64,000 nucleotides of DNA. Source: Promethearchaeota archaeon. Its GTDB lineage: Archaea; Asgardarchaeota; Lokiarchaeia; Sigyniarchaeales; SOKP01. A program made the position numbers and the translations under genes. Within the stretch, counting starts at the first letter, position 1, and each line of letters starts with the position of its first letter. This document shows positions 1 to 8,255 of the stretch, piece by piece. The notes under the pieces are model-generated. The model saw only the letters and a program-made list of their open reading frames with translations, searched no databases and had not been told where the DNA came from. The stretch spans positions 13,451 to 77,450 of the forward strand of contig JAHPZE010000012.1 in the NCBI GenBank assembly GCA_019058365.1, given 5' to 3'.

Positions 1-331
1 TTCTATGCAAACGATACAACAGGTAATCTTAATTATCAAGAAGTAGTGGTTAGAAAAGATATTATAGCTCCTGGTATTATCATCAACTCCCCAAATTCTA
101 ATGATTTATTTGGAAAAACTGCTCCGAATTATAATCTTACAATCATAGATAATAATTTAGATTCGATCTGGTATTCACTTGATGGAGGGAGCACGAATTC
201 AACTCCAATTGCAGCAACAGGAACTATTAATCAAATTATGTGGAGTGTACAACCTAATGGTACTATTACCATTCGATTCTATGCAAACGATACAACAGGT
301 AATCTTAATTATCAAGAAGTAGTGGTTAGAA
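1..331 (+). repeat. Intragenic direct repeat: 55 identical nt at 1-55 and 277-331 (276-nt/92-aa period)
   Basis: ttctatgcaaacgatacaacaggtaatcttaattatcaagaagtagtggttagaa occurs at both positions. Confidence 0.95.
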
Positions 332-2643
332 TAGATATAATTGCTCCTATTATTACAATTATAGAACCAAATAATTTTGATAAGTTTGGGATTACTCCTC
401 CAGATATTACTATAAATATTAATGATACTAATTTGGATAAAAGATGGTATCAATTGGATAATGGAACAGTTATTACTAATAATTACACATGGACAGGACT
501 TATCGCTCAGAGTGTATGGGATCAAATCGGCAATGGAACAGTAATAATTCGATTTTACGCAAATGACACGTTAGGTAATTTAAGAACCGCGGAAGTTATA
601 GTTTATAAAGATATATACTTCCCTTGTATAATAATCAATTCTCCCAATATTAATGATGTTTTTGATAGTACGGCACCTGGTTTTATTGTTAGTGTGAGTG
701 GAAGTGATCTGCATACAAGATGGTATTCTTTAGATGACGGATTATCAAATTATACATTTACAGGGTTAACTGGGACTATAAATCAATTGGCATGGGATGC
801 CTTAGGGGATGGTACCGTAACGGTTAAATTTTATATAAATAATACCTTAGGAGTTATAGGATTTAATGAGATAACAATCATAAAAGACACTTTAGCACCT
901 TTAATTACAATAAACCTTCCATCGAATAGTACCTATTTTGGAACAACCCCAATTATCAATATATTAGCAACTGATGCAAATCTTGATGCGATTTGGTATA
1001 AAGTGAATACAATTAATATCTTATTAGGAAATAACATAAATCAGCAACTTGATGCTTCAATTTGGAATAGTTTACCAGAAGGAGTCTTTTATGTCTACAT
1101 TTATGCAAATGATAGTGTTAGTCACTTGAGTGACCCTGTTATACTAATCTTATATAAAGACACAATTGCTCCCTCAGCGCCGATATTAATAAGTTTTCCT
1201 CAAGGAGAAGTAAGTGGTACTTTAATATTCGAATGGCAAGAAGGTATTGATCCTTCTGGGATATCAAAATATAGATTGATTATAGATAATGAAGCAGATC
1301 CTTTTGCTACATCAGGATTCATATTTGAAATTAACATAACAGGCAATTATTATGAATATACGGGCTCCCTTCAACCAGGAACTTATCATTTCTTTTTATA
1401 TCAGATTGATGGAACAGGTCATCAGAGTCCTGCTTCAAATGGTAGTTTTTCTATAAGATCGAGTTTTCAACCTTCGCAATTTCCTTTTTGGATTATCATT
1501 GTTATAATCGGAGCAGCTATAGGTGGGGTGGTTGGAATTATAGTCTATAAGAAATCAAAAAGTAAGTCAGTAAAACCTATTGAAATTCCAGAAAAAGCAA
1601 TTATACCTAAATTTAAGCCAAAAATAGTAGAAGAATTAAAACTATTGGAATATGAAGCACTTAAAAATAAAAGTCACAGCGAATTAAAAGCTAGAGAAGA
1701 AAAAATACTGGTTTACATTAAGTATTTAGAAGAAAACAATGATTATATTAAAGCATCAGAATTTATAGGAGAACTGATCATAATTGAAGAGATTCTTGCT
1801 AATCCTATTAAAGCAAAATCATATCATCAAAAACAAATAGATACTGCGGTTAGGGGCCTTGATTATTTAAAAGACCAATACGAAATGGAGTCAAAAAATG
1901 CTGCTATTTCAGGAGATTATTCAAAATCATTAGAATTATATAAAGAGAGCAAATTAATATCTGAGAATCTTAAATTGTATCTTGAACAACAAAAATCTTC
2001 TTTACCTGAAGAAGATGTTGTACTAAAAACAAAAGGACCAGCAATATTAGTGGAAGATACAGAAATCGTGTATTCTTGTATTAACGACTTATTAACAAAA
2101 TACTTTAACGAGATTGGAATTAAATATTACTACAATCCTCATTTATATGGTGATATTTCCAAAAAGATTCATGGGTTAATTCTTGCTACTGATATTATAT
2201 TATTTGAAGACCTTGATCCCTCAATTCGGGATAAAATAAAAGCCATTCAAATTATTTTCTCTGAGGATATATCCAATCAAAATATTCAGAGAATTTGCGA
2301 AGATTTTCAAAGCTCATCGATGATTTTAATGATTATTGGTATTAAATGGCCTAAAGATAGTGAAACTCAAACAATTGAAGTCCCTCAAAATAAAAAAATA
2401 AAATATCCAGAAAATATTAAAATTGTTCACTATGAGCTCTTTTCTAAATTAATAGGATTAAAAGGTGATTATGAGGTTGCCCTTAGGGAGATTTTTAATT
2501 TATATGATAAATCAGAACTAGACCTCTTACATGACTCACATAATTTTAGTACTGCAAAGATGCATGATACTGAAGAATTACTTCAAGATCTTAAAGAAAA
2601 AGGCTTGAATGAGAAAAAATTAGAAGAATATTTTAACAAGTAA
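1..2643 (+). CDS. Large single-pass membrane/surface protein (5' truncated): tandem ~92-aa Ig-like repeats, one TM helix, ~365-aa cytoplasmic tail
   Basis: Frame is open from base 1 (FYANDTTG). Repeated WYSLD...GT.TIRFYANDT.GN motifs and many N-x-S/T sequons. TM FWIIIVIIGAAIGGVVGIIVY (~1480-1548) is followed by KKSKSK. Confidence 0.85.
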   Translation, partial: FYANDTTGNLNYQEVVVRKDIIAPGIIINSPNSNDLFGKTAPNYNLTIIDNNLDSIWYSLDGGSTNSTPIAATGTINQIMWSVQPNGTITIRFYANDTTGNLNYQEVVVRIDIIAPIITIIEPNNFDKFGITPPDITININDTNLDKRWYQLDNGTVITNNYTWTGLIAQSVWDQIGNGTVIIRFYANDTLGNLRTAEVIVYKDIYFPCIIINSPNINDVFDSTAPGFIVSVSGSDLHTRWYSLDDGLSNYTFTGLTGTINQLAWDALGDGTVTVKFYINNTLGVIGFNEITIIKDTLAPLITINLPSNSTYFGTTPIINILATDANLDAIWYKVNTINILLGNNINQQLDASIWNSLPEGVFYVYIYANDSVSHLSDPVILILYKDTIAPSAPILISFPQGEVSGTLIFEWQEGIDPSGISKYRLIIDNEADPFATSGFIFEINITGNYYEYTGSLQPGTYHFFLYQIDGTGHQSPASNGSFSIRSSFQPSQFPFWIIIVIIGAAIGGVVGIIVYKKSKSKSVKPIEIPEKAIIPKFKPKIVEELKLLEYEALKNKSHSELKAREEKILVYIKYLEENNDYIKASEFIGELIIIEEILANPIKAKSYHQKQIDTAVRGLDYLKDQYEMESKNAAISGDYSKSLELYKESKLISENLKLYLEQQKSSLPEEDVVLKTKGPAILVEDTEIVYSCINDLLTKYFNEIGIKYYYNPHLYGDISKKIHGLILATDIILFEDLDPSIRDKIKAIQIIFSEDISNQNIQRICEDFQSSSMILMIIGIKWPKDSETQTIEVPQNKKIKYPENIKIVHYELFSKLIGLKGDYEVALREIFNLYDKSELDLLHDSHNFSTAKMHDTEELLQDLKEKGLNEKKLEEYFNK

Positions 2644-2707
2644 GAACAGTTAAAAAATAGAGATAAGTGTATTTAATTATTAATTAATATTTTTTTTTCC
2701 TTTATTT

Positions 2708-4255
2708 TTAAAGATTCTTAATAGTACTAAACATAACATTTAATTGTTCATATAATTCTAATCGGAATTCAGAACTAAGATTAAATATAAAATAAGAAAT
2801 TTGTCTTTCTTCCAATTTTGTATATAAATCAAACTCCCCAATCATTTTTGACCAATTTACTTTTTCCTTAGTTATTATACCAATTAAGATCACTGCATTA
2901 TCTTTAAGAGTTTCAATTAGTTTTAAAATAATGTCATTCCAATGAAGATCAATAGAATCCTTTTTTTTAGCATCAAAAATAACAAAAACTCCATCAGAAT
3001 CAGAAACTTTCATAGAAATAAAGTTATAGCTTTCCAAGATTAATCCATTTGAAAATTTATAGATCTCTCTATCTTTCTTATCCTTTTTAGAAAATGGCCC
3101 TAAATCTTTTATCTCTTTTAAAAGCATTAAACCAGGATTGTTGACATGATCTTCTGATATAAATGCTATTGAAAGATCATTTTTGCTTTCGAGGATTGAA
3201 TTAATTTCCCTTAAAATCACACTTTTTAGGTTATTTTCTTCAGACTCTTTACTTAACATGATAAAATGATAAGCTACAATCCCAAAAGCTTCTTCAATAT
3301 TTTCTCCCGTTAACGCACTTGTTTCAATATATGAAATCTTTTTTTTATATTTTTCAGATAACATTTCTACTAATGTTACAGCTTCCTCGGATTCAATTTC
3401 TCTTTCTTGCTCCAGATCTTGTTTATTTCCAACAATAACCACTGATATCTCATGTTCTCTAAATTCATTCAATTCATTAAACCAATTTATTAAATTATAA
3501 TAGGAATCTTTATTTGTTAAATCAAAAACAATAAATGCAGCTTGAGCCCCTTTATAGTATACTTTTCGATATCTTTTAAAATATTGCTGAGCTCCTATAT
3601 CCCAGACAAATAAACTAATTTCATTTCCAAAAAATTCAAAATTATGAGATAATACATTCAATCCTATAGTAGTACGATAATCTGCTAAGAATCTCCCTTC
3701 TACAAACCTGCGTAAGATTGAAGTTTTACCAACTTCATGGTCTCCTATAATAATAAATTTAAATCTATACGTCCCTCCAGACTCTAGTCCAATTTGATAA
3801 GATGGACTGTCTCTTCCATAATACCCTTCAGTTTTATACTCAAAGTTAGGAATCGATAATTCAATTAAATCACCTTCTGATGCAAGTAGAATTTGAGCCA
3901 CTTTCTCCGCAAGAAAATAGGCGTATGGCGCTATTTTATCAATAGAGCCTAGATTTTCAATAACTAAACTTAACGTTATATTTTCAGTAATAGATATAAA
4001 TAAAATACGATTGTGTTCTGTATCAAAGTTTGCTGTTCCAAATTTTTTAAATGAAAATTCATTACGAAATCTCTCTATAACAGGATTAACAACAGCAGTC
4101 ATAATTGAGACTAATTCCATATCTACATCCTTTCTGCGTTCTCCTGAAATAATTAATCCGTCTTGATCAGAAACTATAATGGCTTCGGCATCCTTATTTA
4201 TCTCTAAGAAGTTCTTAAATAATTCACTGAATAATATATTTTTATTTATTGACAA
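2708..4255 (-). CDS. Roadblock/LAMTOR-like domain + Rab-like small GTPase + C-terminal degenerate GTPase-like domain
   Basis: N-terminal AIIVSDQDGLII roadblock pattern. G1 GDHEVGKTS, G2 YRTTIG, G3 WDIGAQ, G4 NKQD, G5 ETSAL. The C-terminal alpha/beta domain (SDGVFVIFD, VILIGI) has no P-loop. Confidence 0.9.
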   Translation of the reverse strand: MSINKNILFSELFKNFLEINKDAEAIIVSDQDGLIISGERRKDVDMELVSIMTAVVNPVIERFRNEFSFKKFGTANFDTEHNRILFISITENITLSLVIENLGSIDKIAPYAYFLAEKVAQILLASEGDLIELSIPNFEYKTEGYYGRDSPSYQIGLESGGTYRFKFIIIGDHEVGKTSILRRFVEGRFLADYRTTIGLNVLSHNFEFFGNEISLFVWDIGAQQYFKRYRKVYYKGAQAAFIVFDLTNKDSYYNLINWFNELNEFREHEISVVIVGNKQDLEQEREIESEEAVTLVEMLSEKYKKKISYIETSALTGENIEEAFGIVAYHFIMLSKESEENNLKSVILREINSILESKNDLSIAFISEDHVNNPGLMLLKEIKDLGPFSKKDKKDREIYKFSNGLILESYNFISMKVSDSDGVFVIFDAKKKDSIDLHWNDIILKLIETLKDNAVILIGIITKEKVNWSKMIGEFDLYTKLEERQISYFIFNLSSEFRLELYEQLNVMFSTIKNL

Positions 4256-4579
4256 CGTGGATGCCTCATAAGAAAAGGATTAATAATAACAAAAAAGTTA
4301 ATTTACGATTTAATTTGTTATTTGATATTAATATAATCTTATAATTATATAAATTTGATTAAGGTTTTGATTCAGAGGATTTAGAATATAGAAAGCTTTC
4401 GGACTTATCATTCAGCTTATTAATCTCAACCGCATGAGTATTCATAAGATTTGAAATTTTTTTGTGCGGGGATGTGATTCATATAAAAATGCGATTGAAA
4501 TATTGAGGAATATGCCATAAATTTATTTATCTCTAAGAAGTTCTTAAATAATTCACTGAATAATATATTTTTATTTATT
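4194..4579. repeat. Perfect 57-bp direct repeat (4194-4250 and 4523-4579)
   Basis: ttatttatctctaagaagttcttaaataattcactgaataatatatttttatttatt occurs twice, 329 bp apart. The first copy lies in the 5' coding end of the GTPase gene and the second is intergenic. Confidence 0.95.
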
Positions 4580-4634
4580 TATTTTTATTTTTAATTATAA
4601 AGATTAGATTATGACTTTTGGTTATCCCTTTTTT

Positions 4635-4907
4635 TCAGCTTTGATTTAAATCAAAATAGTCATTTACTAGGGTATAAAATCTCTTTAATACTTCTTCTCC
4701 TCGTTGTGTTGTGTGATATTTTATAATGTCACCCTCATTTAATTGTTCAATTAAACTTCGAGATAGGAGAAATTGAAGTGTTTCTTTTATTGCGCTCGTT
4801 TTTAAACGTGTTTTTCGTAATAACCAAGTTTGAGTTCTTTTGGCCCTTAGACAAAATTCCAATACTTCAGCCCAAATTTCGAATTTACTACGTCTAGAAG
4901 AACTCAT
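4635..4907 (-). CDS. Archaeal winged-helix protein (HTH_45-like)
   Basis: RRSKFEIWAEVLE...YHTTQRGEEVL pattern. ATG at 4907 is preceded by SD-like AGGTGAT, so I prefer it to the track start at 4949. Confidence 0.8.
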   Translation of the reverse strand: MSSSRRSKFEIWAEVLEFCLRAKRTQTWLLRKTRLKTSAIKETLQFLLSRSLIEQLNEGDIIKYHTTQRGEEVLKRFYTLVNDYFDLNQS

Positions 4908-4929
4908 TACTATATCACCTAAACAACAA

Positions 4930-5661
4930 TTATGGGAGCTCCTCCTCATCAGAAGAAACAGAATTTTCTATAGAAAATTGTTCTACTTCTTGAGCCCATT
5001 CTTCTATTTTAGGGAATAGCTTTTCCCATTTGATGACTTGTTTTCTAATTTTAATTGAAGTCAAAAAATTCATTAACCAAAAGAATAATATTGGAAAAAA
5101 TATTATCACGATAAAGAGATTTATTAAATTGTTCGAATTTCCAGCATCCAAAAAACGAGTAACCAAAAAAAAAACGTAAAAACCTGAGAAGAAATTAAGG
5201 AATAAGAAAGTTCTTACTAATATAGTTAAAGAGGTTTTTTCTTTTGAATAACAATTAAAAAACGCATAAAAATTGGTTATATATGGGACAATTCCGTCGT
5301 AGAGAGCTGTTCCTGTTTCTTTATTCACTTTAACCTGTTTAAGAGAACGATTTCCTCTTATTATGAATAATCTATAAAAGATTATTTGTATTCCTATTTG
5401 AGTAATTAGCAAATAAAGAACCGTTATCATAATAATTGTCACTATGGTTCCAAACAAGCCATATCTCTGAGATAGTTCAGTTGTTGCTTGTCCTGTAACC
5501 AGTAAACATGTCAATAGAATAATAAACACTGATGCAAATAAAAAAAACAAGATTAAGGAAGAGAAATGAATTTTAAATAACTGATTAATTCTTTCTAATT
5601 TTGTATATAAAACTTTTTGGCTTTGAATTAATCCATTTTTTTTGTTTTCAACTTTTTCCAT
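4930..5661 (-). CDS. Hypothetical 4-TM membrane protein
   Basis: 243-aa ORF with two pairs of hydrophobic helices. An AGGTGA SD lies upstream. Confidence 0.7.
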   Translation of the reverse strand: MEKVENKKNGLIQSQKVLYTKLERINQLFKIHFSSLILFFLFASVFIILLTCLLVTGQATTELSQRYGLFGTIVTIIMITVLYLLITQIGIQIIFYRLFIIRGNRSLKQVKVNKETGTALYDGIVPYITNFYAFFNCYSKEKTSLTILVRTFLFLNFFSGFYVFFLVTRFLDAGNSNNLINLFIVIIFFPILFFWLMNFLTSIKIRKQVIKWEKLFPKIEEWAQEVEQFSIENSVSSDEEELP

Positions 5662-5843
5662 AATTTCACCTTAGAAGTTATTAAAATATACAAGGGAGCA
5701 ATGATATTTAAGTATATAAGGGCAAATAATGGCTAGGGACGTATAATCCTCACCCGAAATATCGTAAAGTTTATTTTTATATCTATATGAATTTCAGAAT
5801 TGAAGATTGAAATTAAAAATCATAAATCGAGATTGAAAATCTG

Positions 5844-6269
5844 TCAAGATTGAGAGAAATATTTAATCGTTAATTTTTTTTTACCTTGTTCAAGCCACAT
5901 TTCCAAGGCATCTTCTGGAATTTTATTAAATAAGATGATCCCATCTTGGAGTATACTGTGTAGGAAGGGATTACCTTCCATTAGCCCTTTTTTAAACTCT
6001 TCATAACTAATATTTTTTGGTTGTACTAAACCCTCACTATATTTATAAGAGATTAAAAAACGCTCTCTTAAATCGTTAAATTCTTGGTCGTAAACACATA
6101 GTACATCAATATCACTATATTGTGTATATGTTCCCTTAGCTAATGAACCGTATAACAAAATTAATTTTAGGGTTTCCTTATCAATACGATTGATAAAAGT
6201 TTTTAATTCATCTAGATGAGGATATCTCTTTAATTTTTTCTCTAACAAATCTATTGATAAATTTTGCAT
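5844..6269 (-). CDS. Minimal nucleotidyltransferase (MNT), putative antitoxin
   Basis: LYGSLAKG...SDIDV Pol-beta superfamily motif. Start is uncertain (ATG 6269 vs track 6323). Overlaps the HEPN gene. Confidence 0.88.
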   Translation of the reverse strand: MQNLSIDLLEKKLKRYPHLDELKTFINRIDKETLKLILLYGSLAKGTYTQYSDIDVLCVYDQEFNDLRERFLISYKYSEGLVQPKNISYEEFKKGLMEGNPFLHSILQDGIILFNKIPEDALEMWLEQGKKKLTIKYFSQS

Positions 6270-6639
6270 ATTCAATACACTCTTTTGCTGTTTTTTGGTT
6301 GTAATATTCTGCGGGATAACCACTTGCGAATCCGTTTGGATAACGGGGTTGTATATAATGGCGATCTAATTCTTGGCTTTTCTCAATTAATTCGTTAAAT
6401 TCTTGTTCATCTAATTCCATTTTTTCTTCTTTTACAAGGCGTTTCCATTCTTTCAATAAATGAATTAGTCCATGTCCCCAAGAATCAATATTTAGAAATA
6501 ATAGCAATGCTTTTAAAGCTTTCTCAGCTGATTGATGTGCTTGAAAGCATGCCCACTCAAAATGTTTGTATTTTTCACTGTCGGATGCTGCTTCCATGTC
6601 TTTTTCGGCTTGTTTAAGCCAATCATTAAATCTATTCAT
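6208..6639 (-). CDS. HEPN domain protein, partner of the MNT
   Basis: WLKQAEKD...WACFQAHQSAEKALKALL...GHGL...LDRHYIQPRYP, the classic archaeal HEPN signature. Confidence 0.92.
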   Translation of the reverse strand: MNRFNDWLKQAEKDMEAASDSEKYKHFEWACFQAHQSAEKALKALLLFLNIDSWGHGLIHLLKEWKRLVKEEKMELDEQEFNELIEKSQELDRHYIQPRYPNGFASGYPAEYYNQKTAKECIEYAKFINRFVREKIKEISSSR

Positions 6640-7010
6640 AACGGATCGCTCATCGTAAATTTAATATCTTATCATATAATAGAATCATAAATATAAATTC
6701 ATTTGCTTTCTAATCAATTTAAATTACTAAAAATATGTGTTTTTTATTAATTAAGTATGTTCCAATTAATCTTTTCAATTTTCCATTAAAATTTCCTTAA
6801 AAATTAATTGCTTTTACCTTAAAATTTGTGTGTATCTGATTTAATCAATTCATTGATGATTTTATCGAGAGAAAAATATTATAATTCATAAGGATAGATT
6901 TGTTAGTATTCTGGAAAAAATGGAGATACAAACTTTCTTTTTGGGTATATTTAAAAATACAGAGTTTTATAGATGTTGTATAAAAATGTATTTTTAAAAG
7001 TAAATCGAAT

Positions 7011-8126
7011 ATGGTCAGTTATGAATCAAGACCTATTGTAATGGATAATGGAACAGCTCTATCCAAGATTGGCTTTGCTGGGGAGGATGAACCAAACATA
7101 ATAGTCCCAACATTCCCTACCAATCCAATTATAGCAAAACCAAGTATTATCCGTCCCCTCAAGGATATGAGTGAAATTAGACCAAGATCTTTAGTGCAAA
7201 AAAATTTTTCTCAAGGTAAATCTCCTTTAGAAAGAGGGATCATAACAGATTGGGATGCAATGGAGAGATTTTGGCAAATCGTTTTTTATAATCTGCTTAA
7301 AATTGACCCAACAACACACCCTTTAATTTTATCGGAAATACCATTAAACCCAACGGAAAATAAGCTTAAAATGGCACAAATTATGTTTGAAAAATTTAAA
7401 GTCCCTTCACTTCTTATTATTTTGCAACAATCTTTATCATTATATGCATCTGGTCGTACAACGGGCTGTGTTGTGGATATTGGGGAGGGAGTAACAAAAA
7501 TCGTGCCAATTTCTGAAGGCTATGTTCTCACACACGCAATTCAGCTAATGGATATTGCTGGACAAGATATTACAAGATATTTATTAAGATTATTGAGAGA
7601 AGCGGGATATCCATTAACATCAGCAACAGAGAAAAGTCAAGCTATAGATATTAAAGAAACATTTTGTTATGTTTCTTCTGATTTCAATAAGGAGACAGAG
7701 TTAATGAAGAACTCCCCAACCATGGAAAAGATATACAAAACTCCTGATGGAGAAGAAATAAAGATCAAAGGTGAACGATTTATTGCACCTGAATGTTTGT
7801 TTAAACCTGTTCTAATTGGAAAGGAAATTAACTCTCTACCTGAAAATATCATAGAAGCAATATCTTTATGTGATATGAATCTTCACAAAGATTTTTATAA
7901 TAATATAATTCTTTCTGGTGGGACTTCAAGTTTTCCTGGTATAAAAGAACGGCTGAAACATGAAATTATTAAAAGAATTCCCACATCAATAGGAGTTAAC
8001 ATAATTGCATCTCCAAAGAGAGAATTATCTACTTGGATTGGTGGATCACTTTTAGGATCTCTTCCGAGTTTCTCTGAAATAGCAATAACTAAACAACAAT
8101 ATAAAGAATCAGGTTACGAATATTAA
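7011..8126 (+). CDS. Actin-family protein (divergent Asgard actin-related protein)
   Basis: VMDNGT..SKIGFAGED, GIITDWDAME, SLYASGRTTG.VVDIGEG, DIAGQDIT, ERFIAPE.LFKP, ILSGG, TWIGGSLLGSL. Confidence 0.95.
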   Translation: MVSYESRPIVMDNGTALSKIGFAGEDEPNIIVPTFPTNPIIAKPSIIRPLKDMSEIRPRSLVQKNFSQGKSPLERGIITDWDAMERFWQIVFYNLLKIDPTTHPLILSEIPLNPTENKLKMAQIMFEKFKVPSLLIILQQSLSLYASGRTTGCVVDIGEGVTKIVPISEGYVLTHAIQLMDIAGQDITRYLLRLLREAGYPLTSATEKSQAIDIKETFCYVSSDFNKETELMKNSPTMEKIYKTPDGEEIKIKGERFIAPECLFKPVLIGKEINSLPENIIEAISLCDMNLHKDFYNNIILSGGTSSFPGIKERLKHEIIKRIPTSIGVNIIASPKRELSTWIGGSLLGSLPSFSEIAITKQQYKESGYEY

Positions 8127-8255
8127 ATTTAATATTTTTCACAAAAATTCTATTTTAAAATTTGCTACTTTAAAGTACTAGTTGGAATAAATGAAAGAAA
8201 GCAGGTTAAGGTCAGTACTTTAATATTTCCTAGGAACAGTTCTCAATAATAACCT

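Noticed and set aside
199-525. Antisense 108-aa ORF and similar shadow ORFs (e.g. 7667, 9159, 12710, 13639, 17447, 18484, 34373, 37022, 55144, 57471, 60445)
   Set aside because: They lie on the opposite strand of well-supported genes, have no motifs, and show typical shadow-frame composition.
4194-4579. The 57-bp repeat as a CRISPR array or IS target-site duplication
   Set aside because: Only two copies, too long, and no cas gene, transposase or terminal inverted repeats nearby.
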